A stretch of DNA of 64,000 nt from contig NC_045696.1 in the NCBI RefSeq assembly GCF_009834535.1, positions 18,230,001 to 18,294,000 on the forward strand. Reading direction: 5' to 3'. The stretch comes from Camelus ferus (Eukaryota). The position numbers and the translations under genes are program-made. Positions 49,953 through 63,459 of the stretch are shown one piece after another; position 1 is the stretch's first letter; each line of letters opens with the position of its first letter. The notes beneath the pieces are model-generated. The model was not told the origin of the DNA and did not search any database. It was given only the letters and a program-made list of their open reading frames with translations.

Positions 49953-51689
49953 CACATGCTCACCTGAGGTCAACATAACTGAACATCTGTAGAAAGAGTT
50001 TATCTTGAATATGCGAAAAGTTGGTGAGGTCCAATGCAAATGGATAAGACAGTGTGAAACCGTCAAGGGCTGCGGAGATTGGAGGTGTACACATCTTCTT
50101 GCAAAGGAGTCCCAGCAAGCACTCACAAGGTGGGAAAGAATCCAAAAGCATCCAATCTGATGAAGAATTTGGGGGAGGGAAGGAGCTAGCAGCAGTTCAG
50201 GAGAGGTAAGAAACCAGGTCTAGATCCTTCTTTCATTCTTCCTCTACAGAATACATACACCACAGCTCCTAAGGCATCACTGAGAACGGATTGCAGCTGG
50301 GAGAAGACAGGAGGTAAAGTTGTGGGGAGCTCAGAGTTAGTACTGAATCCACTCTAGAGCCAGGAAACCATAGGGAAACAGAGATCACACCTCCAAGAGC
50401 CAGGGACACACATACACCCAACACCAAGTCATTAACAGGAGAACAGAGATACCCACCAACCTCACAGACAAGCAAACATGCTTGGGAGAGAAATTAATGG
50501 GAGGATTCAGCTGGGAACTGGCTAGAGCAAAACAAGCAGATTCACATCCTTTGGGACCAGATTCACATCCAAGTTCCTGACAGTGTAAAGACTTTGGAAG
50601 ATCCTCAGCTCAGGTCTCCAAGGTTCTTTGCTCCAGGTAGTTTAATCCCTCTAGATATACTTTTAAATATTTTGGTTGCTTTTTATAAATGTCACTTTTT
50701 AGAGGGATTGTGGAGTTTCCTCTAGTTATTTTTTAAGGAAATTGTTGTTCTGCTATGAATTATTCCAGCGTGTTTGCAAGCAGGGATCTTGATCATGATT
50801 TAAAAATCTAGCATGATTTACATTTCCCTTGCCATTATTTTGCATATCATTTGTTTCATTTTGTGTAATTTATTTTGTCTTCTGTTTTACTTTTGGGTTA
50901 TCTGGCTTGTCTTTTTCTTTCATTTTATTTTTAATATAGTGACCTTGCTTTTTTTTCCCCCATTTTTTTTATTTCATTCAAAAATTATACATGAGGATTT
51001 CCTATTTTATTAGAGGCAATGTTAAATAAAATAGTGTTCTTTCACTAATAAAGTTTCATTCCAGGGGCAAAGAACAGGCAATGCAAAAATAAATTTTTAT
51101 ATGTTCCCACACAACATTTTGGGGATAAATACCTGTTTAAAATGCATGAGTTTACTTGAAGACCACTTTTGCAGATACCAGGAAAACAAATTTTAAATTT
51201 GTAAATCTTTATTCTAAAACATTAAGGAAGTTTTTCATAACCTACACAAGGTCATTAAAAATGAGCATGCTATAGTCTTTAAAAGTTGGTTTCAAAATGA
51301 GAATAGCAAAAACATATAATTGTCTTTCTTCCTTGAAAAAATATTTGTTAAAGGTCATTTCTAATCAGTTCAAGATAAAAAAATTGCAAGACCTAGAGTT
51401 TATATATAAAGATGATGTACTATTTCTTCAAACCGTGTGACACATCCAAGGATTCTGTAAAATCCCAATTACACATAGGAAAAGTCTATAAAATATATGT
51501 AAAACATATACATATATATAGCGAGAGAGAGAGAGAGTTTCATCAGTTTGCTATGAACGAGGACATCTTGTGGTAACATAAGCATAAAGATGTTATCATA
51601 AATTAATAATTTACTGTGGCCTGGTTATTTTTTCCACAGTTATTTAAATCAATTCAAATAGTGATAAATTAAAAGCAGAAAATCCAACA

Positions 51690-52200
51690 AGATGGGATGA
51701 CAGCAGCAGAGACAGGCCCCGTTAGGAAGTAAGGTCCGGCACAGCCACAGTTAGGGACAGTTTGAGCTGAGACTTGAGTGACAAGAAGCAGCCATTCCAG
51801 GACTTGAAGAAGGGGGCTTGTTGGGACTGGCAACAGCAAGTGTCTACTCAGGGGCAAGAATAAGCTTGGAAAGTTCAAATTTACTGAAGAAAACTAATGA
51901 CTGGCTTAGGATCAGACGGATTAGTTGTTGGTGGAGAGAAAAAAGAGTGGATTCAAAGTCCTTCATTAACTGTGCTCTGATCTGGGCCCTGCTAACTTCT
52001 CCAGCTGTGCATCCAGCCACTCTCCTCCTTGCTCATGGCTTATGTCTGTCATCTCCCTTAATGTGACTCAAGCAAAAAGTGCCAGGCACCTTGAAACTTT
52101 TACATTCCCCTCTTCCGTCCCAGCTCTCTCAAGTAGTGAGTCATTTTCTCCATTGCGTCCTCTTACTTGCATCTACACAGATACTTCCCAATTTCCGTCT
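51690..52200. mobile_element. Two L2 fragments in opposite orientations (junction ~51960)
   Basis: tttgagctgagacttgagtgacaagaagcagcc..ggcaacagcaagtg (minus); tgatctgggccctgctaacttctccagc (plus). Confidence 0.5.
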
Positions 52201-52319
52201 TATTTCTAGAGGTGGAACATGACTATTGTGTGGGAGACCTATCCCATTTCCTAGCAGAGTTCCACTCAACTGAAAAGGAAGCTGCTTCTCTTTTAACGTC
52301 TTTTACATTTGAAACATAA

Positions 52320-52570
52320 ACACCCAGTGAGAGCTTATGAATTAGTTAGAAACTGTGCAAGGTACTTCACCCTTGTTAAAATCTTCAACCTTCTTGATAT
52401 CTCATTTACATCTTGTTAAATGTAATTATTATATATGTATCACAGATAAGGAATCTGAAGTGCAGATATGCACTTATTTTGCAAAATTTATACAGCAAGA
52501 AAAGAATGGAGCAAAGATTTAGAACAAGATTTCTTACTCCAGACCCTGTGCTTTTGACCAATATACTTTG
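52320..52570 (-). mobile_element. MIR SINE
   Basis: cacagataaggaatctgaagtgcaga..gagcaaagatttagaac..actccagaccctgtgcttttgacca. Confidence 0.65.
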
Positions 52571-53127
52571 ACCCCTTTCCTATACTGCAGGCTTCTACTC
52601 CACCCCCAAGCAACTTTTCACCATAAAATAAAGGAAATATAAGAAAAAAAGATGTTTCACTTCTAATGGTGATTCTGATTAGCTTTACTTTGCTTAGATC
52701 AGTTAAAATATAAATATGTAATTAATCATAATTTAGTATGCAACATATTTAGTCTGTAGGGTCACAGTGATTTTGATGACTGTCCTTCTTAAGCATGATT
52801 ATTTGGCTCACCTTGCTCAACACCAAGGCCATACTTACATCACCAAATATAAAACTTACCATTCAGCATAGAGCTACACAATTTTTGTTACCAATACCAG
52901 AGATGCGAGAACCATTACAAAGCAATTTGTCATAGGAAGTGAGCTCAACATATTCTAGCTACTTCAGAAAGAAGCTCCTATGTATCTGAGTGTTGGCCAT
53001 ATAATTCTTTTCTGAAGGCTGCAGACCCAACCTTCTAATTCAAAGGTAGAGAGCTGTGGAGAGACAATGAGGTTTTCTACATCCTGCAAGTCTGTTGATT
53101 TGTTCTGTTTTTAAAAGCTTAGCTGTG

Positions 53128-53243
53128 GTGACAGTGAATATATGTATGGTCATGTATGACTGAAAAATTGTGCTCTACACTGGAAATTGACACAACATTG
53201 TAAACTGACTATACCAATAAAATAAAATTTAAAAAAAAAGGAA
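53128..53243 (+). mobile_element. Lineage-specific L1 3' end, heavily 5'-truncated, 15-bp TSD with 2 mismatches
   Basis: aaaagcttagctgtg (53113-27) / aaaagcctagctatg (53244-58); tttt/aaaa endonuclease site; same family as 28062-28252. Confidence 0.85.
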
Positions 53244-56200
53244 AAAAGCCTAGCTATGTTGAACTTAAAATTGTTCTATACAGGTACACATGTCACTGTC
53301 CTCTTGTGTGTGATGCTATGATGGATGGGGGCACTGAGTACTGTCTGGAAGCATCAGGGACAATGGGGATTAAGTGTGGCTGCATTCATGAGCAGACAGA
53401 GGATAACTAACCCCTTATCTTAGTCACTCCCTGGATGTTGGTAGCTACAAAAAGAAGAAGGCAACAGGGATCTTAGGGTGAAGACCCAGGAAAAAAAAAA
53501 GAAACAGAAGCCCATGCCCTTCTAGAGTTTATTATACACAAGTATAATAAGAAAAGTCACAAGTAATGTGTGTGTATGTGTGTGTGTGTATAGAGAAATA
53601 AAATATGATAGAGCGAAAGTTAATGCTGAGTGGTCATAATCTTTAATATGATCATCATGATTTTTGAGCAAAGTTCTGAAAGAAATGAGGAAAAAGAAGA
53701 GCACTTCAAGGTATTAGATAAAATTGTTGTAAGGCGTTTATTTTGATCTTCCAAGAAGGCACAAACAGTATTCATGGTTGTGAATTACTGTCTTACCCTA
53801 CAAGATAATTCACATCAATGAAAAGAATAGATTTATAGGAACTGTCATATAATCATTTGATAAGAAAAGTGATTGTTTGGTTATCATCACAGTTTTAGAG
53901 AGGATGAACAGATCCTTCACTTTTCCCACAAGCTTTCTTTTTTAATCTGATTCTATGCCTGAGGCAAAGCAGTGCATTGATTTCCCCAAGCAAATTGCTT
54001 ATACAGAGCTATGATGACAACTCTACTGGTCCTTAGATCAATGATAACTAATAAACCGTGTCTGTGTCTTTCTGAATTATTTGTTTACAAGCTATAGAAG
54101 CAGATCAGGCTAGCTTTAGGAAAATAATTTATGGGAAAGATATGGGATAAACCATAGACTCAAAGCAAAGGCTACAGTAAGCAATTCTTGAACAAGACTG
54201 AAATTGGAGAAATCCTGTAGTTTTTTACGAACCAATGGACAGTCTCCCTAGAAAACAAAGATAGGAGGATTTATCTAAATGAACGACCCAACCCACCCAT
54301 CCTTTTGTAAAACTGTAAAATAGTGGAGTTCTTTCTCATTCTTCTTTTTCCAATTTCGGCCACTGTACCCTAACACCTTATTAGCTCAAATGTTGTGGAA
54401 ATTCAAAGCAGTGAAAATTGTCTTGAGATTAAAGCTGACATTAAGTTGCACCTTTTTAGTTTTATACATATTATACATTATGATGAAGCCATTGGTGGTA
54501 GATTATGATGAGGATAATCAGTGAATTGTATTGTTTTTAATGTTTCATTTATCTACATCCTACTTCTATTATGTTCTTTATTTAATGATAATATTCTCAG
54601 TAGCTTGCAGTTAACTCACTCTTTCAAAACAACTGATCAAAAATAGATTTTCCTTTTTTGTCATCTCTCTTCCCTCAATCTACTTATCACATTTATCAGA
54701 CAGGGCTTATTATAATCTTTTCAATCCTCATGGACAAACCCAAATTCTTAAACATGACAATGTCAAGAATTGGGTCTCTGCCAACAGAATTTCAATATCT
54801 ATCCACTTGCAAATATTTATGGCATGTAGTTGAATATGCTGAAGTGTATTTGTGTGTGTATTTGATGCATACCATTTTCTCATTTTAGTATCAGTAATTG
54901 AACAATTCCTATTTATTGATATATTTCATTACACCACTCAGATTTTACAGTACAATGCTGTAATTAGATTATAACTTCCCTAACTTTTGTTTTGGATTAT
55001 GTCATCCTAATCTTCCAATCTATTAATTCATCCTATCAGCATACAGTAGGACAGTCTTGTCTAGTCTGTGTGTTTGACATGATTGGTCCTTACAACCTCA
55101 GTGTGCCATTGTTCTAGGTTTTCTCATTGACCGTGTTTGATGCTGGTTCTTCGGTTTATTGGGAAAGAGAACAATTTAATCAAAGCAGAACTAAAATGAT
55201 AGAAAGAGAGCTAGAACACAGTTAAGAACTAGACAGAGAATAACAAAAAAGCAGGAGGGAGAGAATGTTTCCCTTGTTTAAAGTAGCAACAGAATGAGAA
55301 TGATCAGGGCTATTTCTTTTAGGAATCAAGGTCTCTTTCTTGGGAAAGTCAGAAATCTCTGGCCAATTGACTGTTAATTCCAGGACTGATAAAACTAAGA
55401 ATTTTATCAGTCTAATTGAGTTTTATATGGAAATTTATTTTCCATCATGTTTGTTTCTTTTGGCTTTTCTTCAACTTGCAGATTTTTTTAGCCCACTACA
55501 TCTACCACTTTACTGCTCAACATTGTATCACTTAAAAATATTATTTAACATCATTTAATAGTGTTTAGAAATATGATCTATCCACAAAAATTTATTATTT
55601 TTTCTATATATGCACTTATTTCTAGATACTTCAGTTCTCTGCCTTTTCATTCGCTCTTTAGTTTTTCTCTCAAAATCTTGGTTTCTCGTCTCCCTCTCCT
55701 TTTCCCTTTCTCTCTTCCTTCCTCTCCCCTACTCTCTTTTTCTCCAGCTCTGTTCCTGTCTCTGTTTCTCTCACTTATTATTTTAAAAAGACTCTAAATG
55801 TGTGTGAGAGAGACATCTTTCCAATTCATTCCTCCCGAAGTGATGAACTATGCCTACGGGTGACACTAAATTGTTGCCGCAAAATAATCTGGCAAGAAGA
55901 TGAAGAGTCACATTTCCTGCCATCACTGTTTATGATGATGGCCTTGACAGAGTAGTTTACTGGAGCTGGTGTCTACAGCAAACACACAGACAAGGCCATT
56001 TTTATTTTAACATCATTCTGTAGGAAAGGGAGGACTTCAATCTTCAGGTTTGCTTTGGAAATATATATTTTTTTCAAGTTTCACCCACTCTTCTTTGATT
56101 AATGGTTAGAAAAGTAAATTCACTCTTCCCTTTAAAAATAAGTGCCTCAGGGTCAATAATTTAATTTCTCCCATGGGACTTTTTATAGGTACAAAATGGT

Positions 56201-56689
56201 CAAATGCTTTCTTGCTGAAAATAAATTGTGTGTCACATACAGCCTGATTTTTTTTTTATTATTATATGTAGAACTTCAGTTTCTATAGTTTTGTTTGTTT
56301 TAGCAAAGTGAGTTTGCTGCATGAGGAGGAGATGTGTCCTTCACACACGGACAGAATGTTGGACTCCATGATTCACTGGTTAAATGCAGGATTTAATTTA
56401 CTTACTAAAATTGCTATAAATTTCTGCAAGATATGGTGGCCTATATGTAGTAGACATGAAATAGTAAAGTTAACAGATCCCTTGGAGAGCAGAATTTTGA
56501 AGCAACAGAAATTCAGATCTTTTTCAAAGAGAAAAAAAAATTGCTAATTTACCTGTGCCTAGTCTTGTCAGTTACTTTTACTGTTTAATTTTTTTTTGGA
56601 ACATCTAATGTACTGTATTAAAAACATTTAATTATACTGTAACTTAATGATAGCAATCAAATTACATAGATGAGGTGACTACTCATAAG

Positions 56690-57070
56690 ATCTTACTTTA
56701 CTCTGTTCCTTTTCTGAGCCCTACTATCCTGATAAGATTGTCTATCTGTCCCTGCTCCTTAGACTCCTGGATTCAGATACCATGTTTCTGTCTTTTCCAA
56801 TCCTAGGAAAATAGGATTTTTAAGTGTGGAAGGATAGAAGCAGCCATCTTGCTACTTATATTAGAGTGAAACCAAATCTAAGAATGGCACAATTAAGATA
56901 TTTGAAGAACCTAAATCCTTGAAAATATTGTTAAATTGTTGAATAAACCCACCTGAAACTTACCTCAACCTTAGAGTTCCTGGGGAAAACGATACATTTT
57001 CTTCATTTCTGAAAATAGTTGAATCTGATTTTTGTTATTTACAATAGATAGTTTCCTAAGAGTTTGACAG
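56690..57070 (+). mobile_element. Old MaLR LTR (MLT1J/L-like)
   Basis: gaagcagccatcttgcta..gaagaacctaaatccttga..gatttttgttatttacaa. Confidence 0.5.
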
Positions 57071-60000
57071 ATGTTTGTGTTATTCTTGTGGTGACAGTTT
57101 TGTTTTATTTATTTACTATTGTTATTTCAATTCAATAGCAAGAATAGTTGTCACCTAACACAAAAGCACACAATGAATAGAATTTAAAATAAGGCTAAAT
57201 AAGAGTGAGGAGAAATAAGGGTATTATTTACACATTGAACACAAAGTAAAGTGAATTCACTGGTGGGAACATCACCATCTTTCATGTAGTTGGCAGAGAT
57301 ATGTTGTAAATTTGGTTATGAGATTCTTATCAGCTAACGTGAAGAGAAAAACCCTATCGGTTCAAAATTTACATTCAGTTAGGTGAAGGGAAAGCAGTTG
57401 TTCAGGAAAGGAACATCTAAGTCACTTTTGGTCTTGTTTGTTTTGCTTTGATTTTTGACATGGCCTATGAGTGTAAGACTTCATAAAAATAATGCTTTAA
57501 GATGAAGTTTCTCTCTACCTATAAATTGTATCACTTTCCACTCAACATGAGAACGTAGCTCTAGAGGGAAAAGTGAGAGACCAAGACAATGCGATTCTGT
57601 GCTTATCTGTCTGTGACAGAAATCTGTGTTCCCAGTGACAAAAAATCAACTCAAACTGGGACCACACAGACTGACTTCCTTACATTATTGCTCTTCCAAG
57701 GAAGAGAGGGCCGCTCTCCCTGAGCAGCTAAGCTGAAGTCTTGAATCCAGTTTTCTGTGGTTCAAAATTTGTGACTCTTTCCTGAACCAAAGGGTTTATG
57801 ATTAAGCTAATTGAATTAAGTCAGTTACAAAGTCTGTATAGAGGTAAGGTCTATCTTACCAAACTTTATTGAGGGTTTTCCAAAATTAATTGCCAAAATA
57901 AATATGCAAGAATTCTAGATTAGTACAAGCAACAGAAGTCCAAAACGGTCTATGATTATTTACTTAGATTGTGTATATAATTTTTCTCCTTGTTTCAGAG
58001 AGCTGCCTAGACAGGAAACAAACAAAAATAGTATGCAAATAAATTAGGAGGAACGGAAAATAGAGGCATAGGAAAAACTGGTGAAGTAGATTCATGTACC
58101 AAGGTCTCATGAGCTTTGTTGTTTCTTTTTTAAAAAAATAAGATAAAGTTAATACTTAATGGATTAATTACTTATAACTTTATTCTTATTTTTAATTCTT
58201 TTCATTTACAGGACAATCAGTCATAGTAATGAGTTAATTATGCACTTCCAATCAAAACGTACACTTTAACATAAAAACATATATATAATAAAAATTCTCT
58301 CCTATTCTCATTATAAAATATGACTACATTTAAGAAAGGATAAAACAATTACTAAAATAATGACTTTGGTTTGCCTCTTCTATACATTACATTAAGTAGT
58401 GTATGAGAGTGAGTCTCTTTCATAATATTGTCATTAAAAGCATATCTAATTTATTAAATGGTGTAGCAAAGTGGCACATGTAGACCATCTAATACTACTT
58501 TTTCATTATCTTCAGAAAATGAAGGCAAAGGTTAAGGTAGTATTGTAGAATTTAATTGAATATTTCTTTTTTTTAAGTTTTGTGTGGCAAATTTTATAAG
58601 CTCAAGAGAGTAAACAGATGTACTTAAAAAAAAACAATTGTGACAATAGATGTTTGGCTGATTGTGACAATGGATGTTTGACAAAACTCAGAGGGATAGT
58701 TGCATGAATAAGCTTTGATACAGTTTCAAGTCATCTGAATCTGGGTAGCCTTAACTTTTTAGATATTATTGACATTATATTTGAAAGAACCAAGCAAAGG
58801 TCCCAATGTTCTTTCCTAGTACATTTTTTTTCAAGCTATCTGACACAGGAAATAGGTTTATCCAATTGTATAAAAAAGCAACAGCACAGTTAAATCATAC
58901 CTAATTCTAGTTCCAATCATGTTTGGAAAGCTGGATTTTTTTACATCAACTTGCTACAGGAAGCAATATTACAAACTTGGAAGAATTATATGGACTAGTA
59001 AATTGTACAGGCATTTTTTCAAATTATATCATTTTCTTTTTGATAGAAAGCAAGTTTAAAGAATTCTGTGCAATTTTTCACTATAAACCCGCTAAACTAT
59101 CTACAATTGATGGATCAAGGAAGCTATAAAATATATTAAATTTATAACCAGCAAAAACTCAGAGATCTAGAAAAATTACCAGTCTGATACAAATTCATAT
59201 AAAATTTTCTAAACTTGAGAACATATTAAAATAGCTCAAGGCTTTAATATGAATTTCAACAAATAGCTATGTAGGACTTGGGAATGAGGAGGTGATTTTA
59301 TATTCCTTGTCATGTTTCCTATTTTGGGGTTTTCTTAATTTGTGAATTGTATGATGCTTATTCCTGTCTGAAAATTCTTCATTCCGAACAGGAATAAGAA
59401 GTGAATCCAAGTGTCATTTTGTTTACCTGGCTTTGTCTAGCATTTGTTTTTTTTAATCATACTGGATGCCTTTCTCATGAGGCAGACAGGATAGTCAATT
59501 TTTGGTGTTAGCACAATAATTTCCACTTCAATAAACATATATGCACTTAGAATTCTTCCTTCAGGGGTCAGTCATCTGAGTGCAACATATATGTAAACAC
59601 ATTTAAAAAAAAATCACCTTTTTCTCTGAGTTAGTGAAGAATGCCCTGCATCCTAATCAAAGTAAAGCTGGAGAGTGTTTGGTATACAAAATTAATATCA
59701 AAGAACTGAAGACTTAGTTAAAATAATTAAGGAAGTTACAGAAAGAAATCATACACAATAATATAAACTTATCTCAAGCATTTGATTTTACTTATTTTAG
59801 TTTCATCTAAAATTTGCATACAGGGTATTTTGCCTAGTAATACTTGATGCTCATTCTTGAACATAAAATTTTTTATGTATATTTACTGAGTACTACAAAG
59901 TTATTTTTAAAAGTTAACATTTTTCTAGTACAGAGATATTTATTTAATTATCTAAAGAATCCTTTTTTAAAATTTGGATTCAATTGATTGGGGTTCAAAC

Positions 60001-61254
60001 TCATACTGTTCCTACAGTCTTCACCAATAACACATTTTCTATAAATCCACAAGTTTCTGTTTCTTTAAAGTACACCGGAAACTTTGTTAGTGGCACAATA
60101 GTTTGAAGGCAAGATTCTTTCAAACATTTAAAAATTATTTGCAAACTTTACATTTTTATTGCCTATGCCTCTTTTTAAAACTTTAAAATTTTAATCTACC
60201 TGCATTCTTCTAGTCTTTCTTGGCTATTCAACTTAGTTTCCATCGAGAAAATAACATTCACATTCATTTTTCATTTAATGATGTGTTATTGGCAAAATTA
60301 TGTAATTAAAATACCAATTGAAAATGACATAGTGAAGTTTGGGGACCAATGCAGAAGAATCTTGGTAAGTCTAAAATGCACATATGAGGGGAAGTACCAG
60401 GCCTAATGGAATGAGAGCTGGGCAGGAGCGGTGGCAGGGCAAACAGAGGGAACAGAGTCCCTGGCTATCTTGGTACTAGCTTATATGCAGGCTCCCGATG
60501 GGATCTTCTGCTGTATGTTTGCCAGTCAAAAAAGTGTCTACCCCTCATTTGCACTCATTTCATATTTTACCCCACACTTAATGTTGCTGTTCTAAGTAGT
60601 ATCATGCTCCTATCAAATAACCCTATTTCATAGATATTGGTTTTGAGGACACACTGTAGTTCCATTGAACCAAAAGAAAAAAAAAAAAAGAGTAGAAATG
60701 GAGCTTCTATCTGGTCTCTAGGACCATTTTGAATAGTATAGCAGAATCTGTGTGCTTGTTGAGACAAATGTCAAGACGTCAAAAGGATAAGGAAATACTG
60801 ACCATGGTTAGAAAACTGCAAAGAAAACTGTAGCAAATAGAAATGCTTTCTAGGAATACATATCAATCAGTGAGTATTGTAACCCATCTTTCCTGAACAC
60901 ACTTCAAGGAGTACAGCCATTCTGGAAAAAAAATTTTTTTTATACAAAGCTATTTTTTTTCTTACTATTCAAAATGAACACAGATTTACTAAGATCATAA
61001 GGGAAGATATATTTCTTGAGTTTATATTACCAAGTATTATGTTATTGGAAACTGTCCCCAGATTCTACAATGATGTTTTAACAACTCTGATTAATTTAAT
61101 CTTGTTGACATTCAAATATCTACCTTTCTTTAATTCTCATCTTAGTGATGATAAAGACAGTTGATTCCATTCAACATTCAATAATTTTTTTCCTTACCTA
61201 TATACCTGCTACTTTCATCTGTCACTCTCCTTTCATCCGAGTGAGGCTGTGAAA

Positions 61255-61510
61255 GGCACCATAGTGAGCAATAGGGCACAGCTGGATAGTGTGGAGACTC
61301 TGGAACCAGAGCGCCTGGGGATAAATTCTGCATCTATCACCTAGCAGTGATGTAACTTTTGTCCAGGCAGTTAAACTCTCTATACCTAAGTTCTTATCTG
61401 CAAATTGAGATAATAACATTACTTACTTCAACAGAGTGTTGAAAAGATTAAATAAGTAAATATACATAAAACATTTAAGATAGTGTCTGTATCAATAAAT
61501 GTTATGTGTT
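61255..61510 (+). mobile_element. MIR SINE, near full length
   Basis: gactctggaaccagagcgcctgggg..gcagttaaactctctatacctaagttcttatctgcaaattgagataataac..tcaataaatgtta. Confidence 0.85.
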
Positions 61511-63169
61511 GGTTAATATTTTTATCCATTTTTATTTTATTAGATACTTGAATAATTATTTAATTTACTCTATAACTATTGACACTATGATAAACCAGAA
61601 CATAATTATGTGAAATGTTTACTTTTATGTATGCATAGTCAAACTAGTACTATTTTCCAAAATTTCAAACTCTTTCAATTATCAATACACAGACACTTAA
61701 GTGTTTCACTACAAATACAGTCCAGTAAAGACAGAAACCTACAACTTCAGGCAGTTGAGAACTAAATTTTGCAATCTCAAAAATGTCAAATAATTTTGAT
61801 TATCTATAATAATGAATTTTAATGAGTTATTTAATTCTCAATGATAATTTTGTGTCCCTGATCCCTAATTAAGCAGATGCAAAGAAACTAAAATGCGGAA
61901 AATTCTAGAAAAAATAAATGTTCAATTTCCTGTAGGTTTAACTCTACGTTTTCTTCATCCAAGAGAGTAAGGAGAGACTCCACAAAATCTTCCTTTAGAA
62001 GTGACTTAATGAGCCCTTTCTCAATAGAATATTAAATAATGCAAAAGCTTGAAGGAGCCAAATTTATATACATTCTATGAAGTCACTAGATTCCTAGACA
62101 AACACAGGTGCTAAATAATTATTACTAGCTGTCACAGTTTGATTGAACACTTTTTTTGAAAGGAGCTGTCATGCACTAGTATAAAATAACCTCTCAGGGA
62201 AAGTACAGATGGCTGTGTCATTTAAAACAGAGCAAAATGGCTTAACACACAGAGAAAGAAGCCTCTTAAAGACAGAAAGAAAAAAGGAGACAAAATGAGA
62301 GTTTAAAGAGAAGAACCATCTATTAGAAAGGATACGAGATTCTGATTTTTACAGTTGTGTCTTTCCCTGGCTTTTCCATGTTCTATCTCATGAGCTTTGT
62401 GAAAGTCATTAATCAACCCAAGCCTCTTACTTATAAACTAGATCTAATAGTGTAGCCGCCCTCCAGTTGTTGCAAAAAGCAAACACAATAATAGCCATTT
62501 GTGAAATGGGTTATACAATATTTTTTGTATTCAAGATTCTTTATCAATTGACATAAAATATTACACATAAACATTACCAACACACTTAAAAATTAATCAG
62601 AATACCTTCTCCACATATCACAGTGCTATGCTTGCTAATAATGGCGGCCATCTGTGGATGAAATGCAATTTTTCATGATAAAAAAGTGTTTGATAATAGG
62701 CATATCCACCAAGCAAGCAAACCAAGCAGTGCTGAAAGATTTAAATGTTTTGAAGAGATCCCAGATGTTCAACCCAGGATTTACACTAGACAATCAGGCT
62801 GATTCCATTATGAGCACTCCCATTAATTCTTGAAAACTAATAGACTTTAAAAATCGTTATATATCATTAAACTTGAAAAAGATTAGTTACTAATTTTCAG
62901 CCAAATTCATCAGAGGCCTCTCATCTACATAAGAAAATTGATTAAAAAATTTAAACATTACTCAACTCTGCTTTATAAGCTTGAGGAGCTGCAAATATGT
63001 ATATTTACGTTTATAATTAATGCATCTTTCTTGAGCCTTTTAAAAACTTTGCTGTGGTGCACAGTTTTCCATCTCATTCTTCCAATCCTTAGTTTTGTTA
63101 TTATTACTCTTTTCCTCCTTCTCCTTCCCATTTTCTCCCTCTACTATTGTTATTGTCATAATTTTTCCT

Positions 63170-63330
63170 GAGGCAGATCCGAATTTTGTGGCCTGAAACT
63201 TACACATGTTTGAGGAGCCCCTTAAGAAAATTCATACAAATTTGCAAGCATTAAGAGTGCCTTACAACTGACCTTCATTGGTGAGGAGTTCTGAAGCATA
63301 TGCTTCATTAACTTCACCATCAATCCCCTA
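63170..63330 (+). mobile_element. MER53-like hAT DNA element
   Basis: ggcagatccgaattttgtggcctgaaacttacac..ttaagaaaa..ctgaagcatatgcttcattaacttcacc..aatcccct. Confidence 0.6.
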
Positions 63331-63459
63331 TTATTACTTACCACTGCTTACCAATATTCATTAATTTCTTGTTATTTGCCAAGCACTGTGCTAAATACTC
63401 CAAGCATATTATTTTATTTGATATGCATAAGAACTCTGTTAGACACTGTTATCATCTCA

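Noticed and set aside
55838..55960. C/D-box snoRNA (gtgatga at ~55840)
   Set aside because: No CTGA D box or terminal stem at a suitable distance
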